Below, one piece after another: positions 12,181-25,244 of a DNA stretch of 64,000 nt. Position 1 is the stretch's first letter; the number at the start of each line of letters is the position of its first letter. The stretch lies in NCBI RefSeq assembly GCF_009914755.1, contig NC_060933.1, one strand, 5' to 3'. Both the position numbers and the translations under genes were made by a program. This DNA comes from the human T2T-CHM13v2.0 reference genome, Homo sapiens. Below the pieces are notes generated by a model. It ran no database searches. It worked only from the letters and a program-made list of their open reading frames with translations, and was not told the DNA's origin.

Positions 12181-13246
12181 GATATATAGGTGTGTTGGCT
12201 TAGGAACTTTATAATAAAACATATTTTTGCAGATATTTCTAAATACCAATATCCTCAAATACCAAATTTGATTATATTTTATGAATCCAGCAATCCTTTC
12301 TGCTACTTGTTTACTTAGAAATGCTAAGCCCAGTTTAATCTGCTGCTTTAGAGAAAGGTACTCTAGGTGGCTTCAACAGATGAGACCACACTCAAATGTC
12401 AGATATTACTATAGGGTAAAGAAAAAAACAGAGCTTCAAATTCTTCTCCAAGCAAACTTTGAAAGTAGCAAAAGCACTGGTTATGGAAATCAAAACCTAC
12501 CCAGACACTCCATCAATTAATATTGCAAAATAGGTATACCTGTAAGGTCTGCCATGGGGAAATAATCCCTTAGACTAGATTACATATGACATAGATTTCA
12601 CTTTCAAGTAGGGAGATAACAAAGTCAGAAAATTCTAGCCTCATAATGAAATTTCCTATACCCAAGGTTGATGTTCACAATATAATCAGATGTGCAATCC
12701 AAATAAAGTTTCCATTCGGCCTAACCTAAAATATAATTCAAAGACAAAGGAATAACACCTCAATCAAATGGAGCCTGAAGACAACTAGATTTCTGTCCTC
12801 TTCTTCTAATTTTTTTGAATAAAATGGTAAATCACAAGAAAAAATCTGATATTGACTCAAATCTAATATTTCAAGATATAGTCTCGGTCAATTCATATTC
12901 AGCTCAAGTTCCTACACCTCCAACAAGTCGAGTACTCAAAAATCCTAATGCCATTTATGACTACTCTAAGACACTGATACAGCTTGGATTTTTAAAGAAA
13001 GCTTAATTTTTCTCTATTATTCTCTGTTTACTGAGGCAGGAGGGACAACTACAGTTTAGAATATATTTCTTATTGCTGCAGTGACTAAGAAATTAAATTA
13101 CTCTGTAACAAATAATAGAGGCATAATGATATGCAGCACAATCTAATTTTAAGCCTCCACTTTTCCCTTTGAACCTTTCTGTAACTAAAGAGAGTATAAG
13201 ACTTCTCTTTAACAAGCAGAGCCAGGTTATGATTTGTTATAGGACT

Positions 13247-13398
13247 TTTTTTGTTTGTTTGTTTGTTTATTTTTGAGACAGAGTCTCGCTCTTGTTGCCC
13301 AGGCTGGAGTGCAATGGTGAATTCCTGACCTCAGGTGATCCGCCCACCTTGGCCTCCCAAAGTGCTGGGATCACAGGCGTAAGCCATTGCGCCGAGCC
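13247..13398 (-). mobile_element. Internally deleted AluS
   Basis: Both Alu ends are present but joined at ggagtgcaatggtg|aattcctgacctcagg. TSD tgttataggac (13235) / tgttataagac (13399). Confidence 0.9.
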
Positions 13399-15329
13399 TG
13401 TTATAAGACATTCTGATGAACACCTTGGGCTCTGATGGGCTTTGAGAGAGAAGGTCCAAGTCTCAGGTTGGAACCTATGGCAGTGAGGCTGTGTAGACAT
13501 GGCACATGGCACTGAACCGCCAAGAAGGCAGGAAAGGAATCAATGTTTTTGAACTGCCACATGACAGAATCATATCTCGACTCCTTTAATCACAACGACT
13601 CCTTTAATCACAACTCCATCTGTAAGCTAGGGAATTGTTATCCCTAGCTTACAGATGGAGAAATAAAGTCAAATACGGTAACTTGCCCAAGGTCACAGAG
13701 CCCTGACAATCTCAACTCCCAGGCTACCTGCCACTGTTACTTTATGTCACTAGCAACAGCCAAAGACTTCCTCTTCTCCCAAAAGTTATACTCTTCTCTT
13801 TAAACCCTTAAAAGAAAGTCACAATTGCTGAAGATCTTTCTAATCTTGAATTCTAAGAATTGCAATGTAATATTCATTTTAAATAGTTTTTGGCTAGCTG
13901 AAAGTCGAATTTGCAACCAGAAAAGATGACTGTTAAATCTTTAAGATAAATTTCAGCATGCAATAGTGTATTTCTTAATTTTTATTTTTTGAAAGAATTG
14001 TTAAAAAATTCTTAGACTAATATTTGCCATGATGCTGCTACTGAGTTAAAGAAATATTTTTAAGATCTAGCCTATGTGTGGCCAACATTGGTTTAAAAAA
14101 TGCTTTTGTACTGAAATATTTATAAAGGAAATGATACGCTGTCTGGATTTCCTTCAAAATTATTCAGAGGTGGAAGTAGGTGGGTATATGGATAGAGAAA
14201 ACAAGATTGGCCCAGGGCTGATAAATATAGAGGCTGGATGATAGCTGTAGGGTGGCTATAATAACATTTTTTAATAATAACAATTTTATAAGATTTTTAA
14301 ATTCTTATCTGGATACATAGATGCTACTTTCTGGAGTAGTCCCTTGGTATCCACTCTTTAAGCTAACACATGTTTATTGAGCAGCTACTATGTTTCCAGC
14401 AATATATTAAGTTGGTTGAACTTATATAAATATCTGAACAGTAAAATAAATATTAAAAATTATTTATTATGAACCTGTTTACTTAAACACTTTCAAGGTG
14501 TGAGTCACTTTTGATAATTTACTTAACCATCTCTCTGTACATCAGTCTACTCTTTTAGATTAATGATTTTATGTTCTCTTAAATGTCAGGCATAACATTT
14601 TTTTCATTCATAGACACTGATGGTACTTTAGGGATACAGATATACAGAGAATAAATCAGTTTCTTTCTCTTGCTTCTCCATCTCTCTTTCCTACTTGCCA
14701 GGTAAAATCCCAGATTGATGCCTATTCTACCACTGTAACTGAACATGGCTGGAAAAAACCATACAACTCTGATGATTCATGCTGCTTTAAATTTACAACC
14801 ACAAATACCAACTGTGCTGCATGAGAATTCTAAATTTTCCTAGTCTGTTCATTCTCCCAGTCTCTAAACTGACTGTAGTTGTTTTCTGTCCCTAATCTTC
14901 AACACCTTCTCCTCTTACACACTCTTAGCCAATAAGCTCCTGTATTATTTTATGTAGATATAGAAGCTATGTTTAGAGAATCACCTTATCTTTCCACCAG
15001 AAAGTGTCCCTTCCTACCCACATCTGTGCCCGTAATTCTCTGCTTTTCCTCCTGTTCTTCATTTGTGCATGTTCTTTATTTCTGCGTGGAATCTCACCGC
15101 TTCTCAAAAACTTTGTACAAATTCCCTAGAGACTAGTCCTCAGTCCCTTTCTTTTCTGTAAACACTCCTTAGGGGCTTTCATGTTGTCCCATTGTTTTAA
15201 GGACACAGTGGTGTCTCAAAGGATGACCATGCATCACCCTTGAAGTGTCTATTCCTTATCCTGAATGCTCAATTCAATAGCAAGCCCTCTTGAGCTCTAT
15301 TTTCAAAATATATCTTAGGACAAAGATTT

Positions 15330-15615
15330 TATAATGCCATTTATATGAGGTACCTAAAATAGGCAAATGCATAAAGATAGAAAGTAGAAGAGTGGCCACT
15401 AGGGGTTGGGGGAGGGGGTAATGTGTAATGGGGAGTTAGTGTTTAATGAGTACAGAGTTACAGTTTGGAATGGTGAAAACGTTCTGGAGATGAATGGTGG
15501 TGATCATTGCACAAAAACAATGTAAATATATTTAAGGAAACTGAATTGCACACTTAAAAATCATTAAAATGGTAAATTCTAGGTTATGTATATTTATTTT
15601 ACCACAGTTTCAAAA
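15330..15615 (+). mobile_element. L1MB-type 3' end
   Basis: ccatttatatgaggtacctaaaataggcaaat...gttctggagatgaatggtggtgat...ctgaattgcacacttaaaaa. Confidence 0.8.
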
Positions 15616-15628
15616 ACAAAGATTTGTC

Positions 15629-15629
<1 letters not shown>

Positions 15630-15662
<33 letters not shown>
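15630..15662. repeat. (TG)16 microsatellite
   Basis: Read directly. Confidence 0.95.
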
Positions 15663-15663
<1 letters not shown>

Positions 15664-17272
15664 CCCCAAAGTAAGTCCCCTGGTATTTGGGTCTGTGCCT
15701 CTCTCCTACTTCGTACTCCAGACTTCTCCCTAACTGGGTCCTTGCTTGTCAATATGCCCATGTGTCACTACCCGCCTTGATAATCTAGCAAGGGCCCGGT
15801 GTTTTCATGAATGGGATGTGATGTGTCCCTGACAATCTACCCCAAAACTAGCATCTGATGGTGGCTTCTCCAGCATCTCTGGCATCCTGACCATCTGCCG
15901 TGGCCTGCTCTTCAGCTCTGCACTGCTGGCCTCTCCTCCTCACGGAGGCTAGGCTGCTGCTCATGAGCCTCTCTGGGCTTCCCCTGCAGTGCTCCCCCCG
16001 ACCCCACGCACACACACATACACACACACGCAAAATCCAACCACTTTCTACTACCTCCACTGCTGCCATCCTTTTTCAAACCAGTTATCTCTCACCTGCA
16101 TTATTGCAATAGCCTCCTGAAGGCATTTCCTTGTTTTTAATCTTGCTCTCTACCTCAGTCTAATCTCTACGTACTATAGCAGAGTGATGTTTTAAATAAT
16201 TAGGGAGACCCTGTAATGTCCCAGATCCAGTCTTGGTTAGAATAAGCTCCAACTCTTTACCAAGCTTCCCCCGCTCCTCACTGAACACCTGGTGGCTTAG
16301 TTCCTGCTTTCACTCTCCACAGAATGCTCTTTCACAGCCAGCCGCTTGCTTCATTCAGGTTGTTGCATAAACGATACCTCCTCATAGAGGTCATTCCTGA
16401 TCACCTAATAGAAACTGTCCTCCCAATGCACACGTGTGCATGCACACAAGTGCACTGATAGATGCTTTACTCTGCTTTATTTTTCTCGAAAGCACTTTTT
16501 AAAAACTATCGGCCATCACACAGTTAGTCATTTTCTTACTTATTACTATGGTTGCCCCCCCTTGATGTAAGCTCAATGAATTGTTAATTGTTGCTATTCT
16601 AGACCTTAACCATGACTGGTACTTAGTAGGAATTCGATAAGTATTTACTTACTAAAGGAATGACTGAAATTGTTCCTTGCATATTAAATTTGAAGTTTAA
16701 AAAACTGTAGATGGAAGAGCATTGTGAGGCAGGTAACTGCTCATGTCTGAAAGGCTTCTCTTTTATAAACAAAGCCCATCACTAACTGATGATGATGTTT
16801 CAGTCCTGACTGTTGGCTGTAGGAATGCAATGGGAGAGGAGGGACAATGAAAGTCAGAGTGTGGAGAAAAAGGTCAAACACTGGTGCTTGGAGTATGTTT
16901 TCAGTGATCATTGCCATGTTGATGAAAAAGCATTTATGAGTCTCCTGAACAGGATTCATTTAATGTTTAGGGGAAATATTCTTCAGAAGATTATACCATT
17001 TATGTAAGAAAACAGGCTCGTTGATAGGATACTACAGTATGCAGGTCACCCCTAAGTGATGAGGGGGAATGGAACTTTAGCAAGGAAATGCTGAGGGGCG
17101 TTCATACCTCCCTGGGGCCATCCTGAGTGTAAGAGGTGGTAGACACTGTTATTGTGGCATAGTGTTTCATTTTCAGGAAATTGAATTACACATTTGTAAA
17201 TTAGATTTCCTAAACATCTGAAGCAGGAAATGAAAAAGTAAATGGAATTTTTAGGATAAACTTATGGAATAA

Positions 17273-17591
<319 letters not shown>

Positions 17592-17956
17592 ATAAAATTT
17601 TATTTTTAAAAGGAAGAACCACAAAGTGTCCATGTTAGAAAGTAGATTTGCTGTTCTAAATTGCTGACTGAGGATTGCATTAAAGGTTTGTATTCTTCTG
17701 CCGTTTTTCATGTTAAGACCAGGTCCGCTTTTTGCCTGTCTTTGTGTCTTTGTCAGTGCTGTTCTAGAGGCCTTTGTGTTCTCAGTGAGCATTTTTTGCT
17801 GTTAATTGAATGGAGACCTCAAAGGTCCTGCTTTACCTACTTCAAAGAGCCTGGGTCACTCCCTACCCTCTAAGGAGCTTGCTGCTCCATCCGACTTTGG
17901 GGGCTGAGTACAGTAATGAGGGAAGTTGACCTAATGACTTATGAGTCACTCTCTTG

Positions 17957-18068
17957 TAGGGCGACCCATTATCTCAGTTTGCCCAGACTGAGGGGGCCCA
18001 GGGATTTGGGACTTTCACGGCTAAACCTAACAAAGTCCCAGGCAAACTGAGACAAGTTGGTCACCCTA
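17957..18068. mobile_element. MER81-like hAT-Blackjack MITE (palindromic)
   Basis: TIRs tagggcgacc...ggtcacccta, with internal inverted tctcagtttgccc / ggcaaactgaga. Confidence 0.8.
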
Positions 18069-20707
18069 CCACTATTAAGTTCAGGGGTAGAACTGCTATA
18101 GGAGCTAACTCTTGACATTCACTACAGCTCATGCACAAATTCCTTACCTTGGGCCTTTTTACTTCCTGTGACTTCAGAATTTCTCTTGGGCTTTTATAAC
18201 TCTCCTCTTACCATTTAATTATTAATATATTCACTGGAAGAGGAGCCTGTGGGTCTCTATGAAGCCACAAATACAGTCCCAAAAGTAAGTCCCGTGGTAC
18301 CTGGATCCGTGCCTCTCCCCTCCTTTGTACTCTAGACTCCTGACGGGCCCCTGCTTGTCAAGTGCCCATGTGCCACTACCTGCCTTGATAATCTAGCAAA
18401 GGTTTGGTGTTTCCATAAATGGAATGTGATGTGTCCCTGATGATCTACCCAAGGACTAGTATCGGGTGGTGACTCCTCCAGCATTCCTGACATGCTGACC
18501 ATCCACCGTGCCCTGCTCTTCAGCTGCGTGCTGTTGGCCTCTGCTCCTCAGGGAGGCCAGGCCACTGTCCATGAGCCTCCCTGGACTTCCCCTGCAGTGC
18601 CATCCATATATGCAGCAGCTCTCCCATTTCTGAAGAAAGTCACCCCTTCAGGCACGTACATTGCAAAAGGGTACTCCCTCTGGGATGATCAATTAGAAAA
18701 AGGAACCCCCTTCCTCTAGGCATTCTGGAAGGTGCCAAAGTTTGACTAAAACCTAGGCTCTGGCTGGGGTTTTAACTCCAGCTCCCATCCCCTTTGCTGG
18801 GTGTGTAACTTACACGAACACATCCCTAGGCCTGCTACCCACACTACTGGCTAACCAGCCCAGCTGCCACCAGGGCCTGCCACAATGACATGCTTTGCCT
18901 CTCTGGACCGATTTTGTCTTATTACCAAGTACTGAACTTGACCCTGAATTTATTCCTTGTTTCCTTGCTCTTATCCTCTTCAGCTTCTAGCTCAGTCCTA
19001 TTTAAGCTCTCGTTCTTAACTTGATGGTGTACAGAAAGTCATGCTGCAGCTTATAAAAACCTAAATAGATAACACTGATTACATAACATTTGCCCATTCT
19101 ATCAAGTACTGTAATGGAACTCAATTTTAGTATTTACAGTAAAACCTACCACCCATTGATCACAGTGCTTTGTTACATTTGATCTCTGCTGGTCTCTGTA
19201 TATTTTCTAGTCTTTTCTACTCTTTTTGTTTCCAGAAGATGTTCACCTTGGGATAATAACACTTGTGTTTCTTCTTTCCAAAGACAGTTTGGGAAGGAAA
19301 TTTCGTAATATAATTTTTATTTCAGACCTAGGACAAAATTTATTATTTCAGGTTTCACTGTGAAAAATATGAAACCATGAAACATGCCACTTAAACAGTA
19401 GCAGTCCCTAAAAGGTGGGACCAGAAAAGAGAGTGTAGGAAGGAGAAGCTGTGGTCTGATAAATCTAACATCCCTGTTTTTGGAGGAAGGTGGCGATGGC
19501 AATGAAGACCCATTTGGGACAGGTGCAGAGAAAAATCTAGAGAAGGGAAAAGTCATTTGGAAAAGTTGAATCACAGTACATAGAACCTCTGAAAACTCAT
19601 CTAGCCAAAGGGAATCTTTTGTTCTTTGGAACTGTAGACTTTGGAATTTCAATCAATTAGATCAAAGTTTCCCTGATGGGACATCTAATTACCACAAAGT
19701 TTGAGCTTGCCATGCATCCTCACCTGTTACTTTATAAAAACAAATAGAATTTTATTTTGTGAGGCGGGACGGTAGATTGCTTTCATACCTAAATTGCATT
19801 TAAATGCAAGCCACTTAGTGATCTGGGGAGCATTGCTGTTTTGATGACGCTACCTTTCACAGTTAAAACAAATGTTTACACAATAAATACAGCAAATAGA
19901 GATTCCTATGCGCTTAAGAGATAATATTAGCGTAACTATGTACTATGTGGTTCACATATACATCTATCTATATCTAAATCCATATGTATCTAGAGACAAT
20001 GAGTACATACTTAAAATTCAGACAATTAAAATTTCATGAAGATAGTTTCACATGATGCTTTAGCTTAGAGAGTGAATGTTCAATTTCTTTGAAATGCCTT
20101 TGCACAGCTAGATCGTTGCTAAGTTCAAAATCTGATTCTTTTGCTTTTCTGTTTAGCCACCAAAAAAAGCTTAATAAATAGAAACATTGTCTCTTAATAA
20201 ATAGAAACATTTCTGTTTAGCCACCAAAAAAAGCTTAATAAATAGAAACATTTTCACATGATGCTTTAGCTTAGAGAGTGAATGTTCAATTTCTTTGAAA
20301 TGCCTTCGCACAGCCAGATCGGTGCTAAGATCAAAATCTGATTCTTTTGCTTTTCTGTTTAGCCACCAAAAAGAGCTTAATAAATAGAAACTTTTCTCCT
20401 TGGAGTACCATGCAGATGATGAAGGAAAAGTCTGAAGAGAAAGCTTATCTGCATACACATACCCCAGATGGAGTTGAATTTTTCACACATGATACATAAG
20501 CTGGAGTCACTAATTGTGTAATTACTTCTTACGCCTCCAATTGTTCTCCTCTGGATGGCTTCCTCTCATTCTAAGCTCTGGCCCGGTAGAAATAATGGTT
20601 CATGTTTAAAACTTGCTCAAGTTTTTATTACATTGCTGCATGGTGTACTTAAAGTTATTCACTTTCAGCATACTTCCTACGAGCCATGCCAGTGGGAACA
20701 ACCGCTA

Positions 20708-20914
<207 letters not shown>

Positions 20915-23900
20915 TCAGAAAAAAAGAACACAAGATATGAAAAGGAGAATCAGACAGAGGAAAGAGAGGAAGAAAGAACATCAGTTCTGTGGTACAGTGA
21001 AAGTACAGTCTACATCTTCTTCTTAGTATTGCTTTGGATAGAGGCAAGATTTATGGCAAAAGTTATTCAAAGCAAGACTGTGCTTAAATGAGTATTTATT
21101 TATTTACTGAAATGGGGCAGAAAATAGAGATGGTGCTCTCATTGTACTAAAAAACTGGCATGCCAATGATTGTTTCATTTTGAAGTCAACCTTGTATTTG
21201 CTAATGATCCCAAAATAATTTTACAATCTAGTTATTTTGTTTTTTTCCTTTCTCTATCATGTCCATACTTTAACAGGCACAGCAGAACAATTATAATTCT
21301 GGAGATGGTGGCGGGGAGCTAGGAGAAATGTGATTGTTTCTGTCAATCTCATTCAGTAATTTGAAGGTCTCTTATTTAAAATCAACATTATTCTTACTAG
21401 ATACCTTATTTAGGTGGAAATCTTGAATATAAAATAATTGTCTCATGAGACAGATATGAATCAGGCCCAAAATGTTCAACTCTGTCTCATTCTACCTTTT
21501 TTGTTATTTTAATTTCATGGTGAATTACACTACTTAAAATAGAGCAATTTCAGTGTGGCCTTCCAGATTTTTTTTTTTTTTTTTTTGTATAAAAAGAACA
21601 GCAATACCTATTGCGAGCTAGTTGCTCTATACATGTTATCTATATTCCTTGCGACGATCCTGCAAAATAGATGCTATTGTGTTCATTTTGTAGGCGAAGA
21701 AACTAAGAAATGGAGAGGTAAAGTAAGTTTTCTGAGAGTCTACCACACACACAATCAGAATTCATACCCAGGACTGCCTGATTCCAAAATCTATGCTTAT
21801 TTTTCTTTCCCATACTGCTTAGACCCAGTGGAAACATAAGATGATGGGTTGGAAATCTACTCCTAAAATATTTAGGTAAGAACTGCCCTCAAGACTATAG
21901 AAAGAGAATATTCAACAGGCTAATTGCTACATGGTCTCAGTACAGCTATCACTGTATTGAATCATCAAAATTGACAGGAAAGAAATAAATGCTACTGAAT
22001 TTTTATTTTTGTGCCTTTACAGAGTGTGTACATTAATTATAGAATTGAGATGCTCTTGTTCTTTTTCAGTATGTAATAACACACTATATAAAGCTGTAGT
22101 AAGATTGAGTAGTTTGTTAAAGGAATTACAAAGTGATTTATAAGAGCAGTCCTCAATAGTGAAGAACTCATGTAAGTCATTTTTTTAGACCTTAATTCTG
22201 ATTCAAAATCCCACATTTCTATGTGTCTGGCAGATAAAATGTACTCAATAAATAGTGAATGAATGAATGAATAGGCAAACTTGAGACAGACATGCTTTTG
22301 TTCAACATTGAAAAAAAATCCTTTCTTTTCTGAATTGAGGATTGATCTCATTTAAATATAAAATGTGTATATAATTCTCAGCTTCTGAAAAAGGCTTCAG
22401 TCCTATTAATATATAGGACTTTTTTGTTAATGTAGCATTAATTTAATGTAGTATTGCTATAATGTTAATTTGTCAATGTAGCATTAATGTAGCATTTGTT
22501 AATGCAGCATTAATATAAGGTTAATTCACAGCTTCATTTAGTTGGCTCTTATTGATAAAAGAAGTCTATAACTTTTTGATTATTGTCTCTAGTAATTGCA
22601 TGGAGCAGTAATCAATTACTGCTTTGTCTAGATGATTGCGTAAGAGTCCCCCGAAACACAGAGACAGTGGTTTGCTAATCCCATCCTGAGCTTGTTATCA
22701 CTGGAAGAGTAGGTTGCTTGTGGTTAAAATTTCCATTTTGTTGCTACTTGTTTTTTATCATAAAACATTCATTCTACAGCAGAGTGCAAGTTAATAAATA
22801 TTAATGCTTTATTGAAAGAGGCTCAGCAGAAAGACTCTCCTGTTCTTAAAGTGCCTCTGCATTGTGCTTGTAGACAAAAGAAAATGCTTTAGTTACTGTT
22901 CTCTCTTTTCTAGTAGCAGTTCCTGCAAGAGTCCTTGAGAAGGAGGGGTAAGACCAAAGCAGTCTGTGAGAGGCAGGGGACAGTGGGTTTTCGAGAGGTT
23001 AAACTGTGTGTAATAGTGAACACCGGGCATTTGTGCTGGCTGAGACGTAAGCCCATGTTTTTTAATTCCTATGAACATATTTAAAGACTATCAGTGAAAG
23101 TGAAATTTTCAAATGAATAAAGGAATGAAAGTAATTCTCAGCCAAGCTGATGTATTCACCACAATCTAAGAATAAAAGAAGAAAATTAAATAATCTATAT
23201 TCTATATACAGTATCTGTATTCTAAGGACGTGGGTGCTCCAGTCTTCTGACTTTTGACTTTCTTTTCTTGTGAAACATAGCTCAGCGGCTCTTTGGGAAT
23301 ACTGCACATCTGAATTGGTCATGGCAAAAGGGTCAAATTTACAGTTTCACTCATGAGTTTCAATTTCTTCATCTTACTGATCCCTATTTCTTTTGATCTT
23401 ATGTGGAAGCCAGTCAAGTGTGGTCATATTTTGGGAGAGAGTTTGTCTGCTGAATAATAAGGGATAAAAATTGAAAAATAAGTAAAGTGTCCTAATTTAG
23501 TTTTCAGTCATCATTGGAGAAAGATGTGCTGAATCGTGGAATAATTCTGAACATATGAATTGTGGAAATTTGTTTGAATCTCAGTTTTGCTAATGACTGT
23601 GTGAATCTGAGTCTCACTTTTTTAATCTGTAGAAGGAAAATGATAAAACCACTTACCTCTTGGGGATTAGTTGAGATTATATGTGCAAAGTACCTGGCAC
23701 TATGCCAAGCTCATAGCAGGCATTCTATAAATGTTAATTCCTTCTCCGGCTCTGCTCTATTTTACCAACTATAAGCCGATTTTTCAATTGTAAACTAGTG
23801 ATCAAAATAAAATGATATGAGACAAATCAGTGACTTTTGTTTTGCACGAGATAGAAATCAATGTAAGTAAAGAAAAAAAAATCAGCAGTCTGTTGGCAAA

Positions 23901-24609
23901 ATATGCAAAGTGCTTTTTCTTTGCCATGTCCTCCCAGGCATCTAAGAGGGTGATGGTCTGAAACTATTTGCTGATTACTGAAAAGTTAGAAATAACTGCC
24001 CAAATACCTCAAAGGAATACAGTTTGGTCTAACTTGCCTACAAAATCCATTTAATATTCTTCATAGCAAACGTACCAGCAATCTATTTTTGTTTGAGTTA
24101 TAATTTACATATCTAAAAAGATTTGCTGATCTTCCTGTTATGCTTTCCAAATTAAAAAAATAATGTATTTTAATAACATGAATACAAATGAATTTTTTCT
24201 TCTGAAAAAATTTTGGAAGTAATGAAGCCATTTTCATTGTTAAGAGATTGTAAAATAGGACTTTTTTTTTTTTTTTGGAATTGTGTGTGTGTGTGGTAAG
24301 AACAATTTGATGTGTTCATAATTTGTAGGTGTACTGGATTACTGTGGCATGTTTCTCAGCCAGGCTTTCCTGAGAAATTAAGTCCTACTGCCCCGCAGCA
24401 TCCATTGCATGTAATGGATCACTTTCTTTCCCAAGAACATAGGATGATCCAGGTTATGTACTATCTTTGGAGAATCGAGAAGACAGTCACTCAAACAATT
24501 TCCTGTGTTGCAGTTCAGATAAGAAACCTGAGTTGAGAAAGGCTGAATGGTGTCTGAAAGGGCTTCACATCAGGTGAGCTTTTATAGTTGGTAAATACAG
24601 TAGTATGAT

Positions 24610-24990
24610 GGGTAGAAAAAAAAATAGAATGAATAAGACCTACTATTTGATAGCACAATAGGATGACTATAGTCAATAATAACTTAATTAAATATTTTAA
24701 AATAACTTAAAGAATGTAACTGAATTATTTGTAACTCAAAGGATAAATGCTTGAGGGAATGACTACCCCATTCTCCAGGTTGTGCTTATTTCATAGTGCA
24801 TGTCTGTATCAAAACATTTTATGTACCCCATAAATATATATATATATTTATATATATATATATTTATATATATATATTTATATATATATATATTTATATA
24901 TATATATTTATATATATATATATTTATATATATATATACCTACTATGTACCCACACACATTTTTTCAAAATTAAAAATTAAAAAAAAAAA
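24610..24990 (+). mobile_element. L1MA-type 3' end containing a (TA)n expansion at 24833-24937
   Basis: agaatgaataagacctactatttgatagcacaatagg...catgtctgtatcaaaacat...tactatgtacccac, followed by an A-tail. Confidence 0.85.
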
Positions 24991-25244
24991 CCAAACACCA
25001 CATATTCTCACTCATAGGTGGGAATTGAACAATGAGAACACATGGACACAGGAAGGGGAACATCACACTCTGGGGACTGTTGTGGGGTGGGGGGAGGGGG
25101 GAGGGATAGCATTGGGAGATATACCTAATGCTAGATGACGAGTTAGTGGGTGCAGCGCACCAGCATGGCACATGTATACATATGTAACTAACCTGCACAT
25201 TGTGCACATGTACCCTAAAACTTAAAGTATAATAATAAAAAAAA
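24991..25244 (+). mobile_element. Young 5'-truncated L1PA (L1PA2-like) 3' UTR
   Basis: Near-consensus ...gcattgggagatatacctaatgctagatgacGAGttagtgggtgcagcgcacc...aaaacttaaagtataataataaaa. It has GAG rather than the L1HS ACA/ACG diagnostic. Confidence 0.9.

Larger units (their letters stand above)
14700..16665 (+). mobile_element. Fragmented L2, interrupted by an L1MB and a duplicated segment (approximate ends)
   Basis: L2-like pyrimidine-rich body ending in ggtacttagtaggaattcgataagtatttac...gaatgactgaa. Confidence 0.6.

Noticed and set aside
24796-25207. Y/I-rich ORFs, and similar ones at 34416-34756
   Set aside because: Translations of (TA)n tracts and L1 3' UTR.
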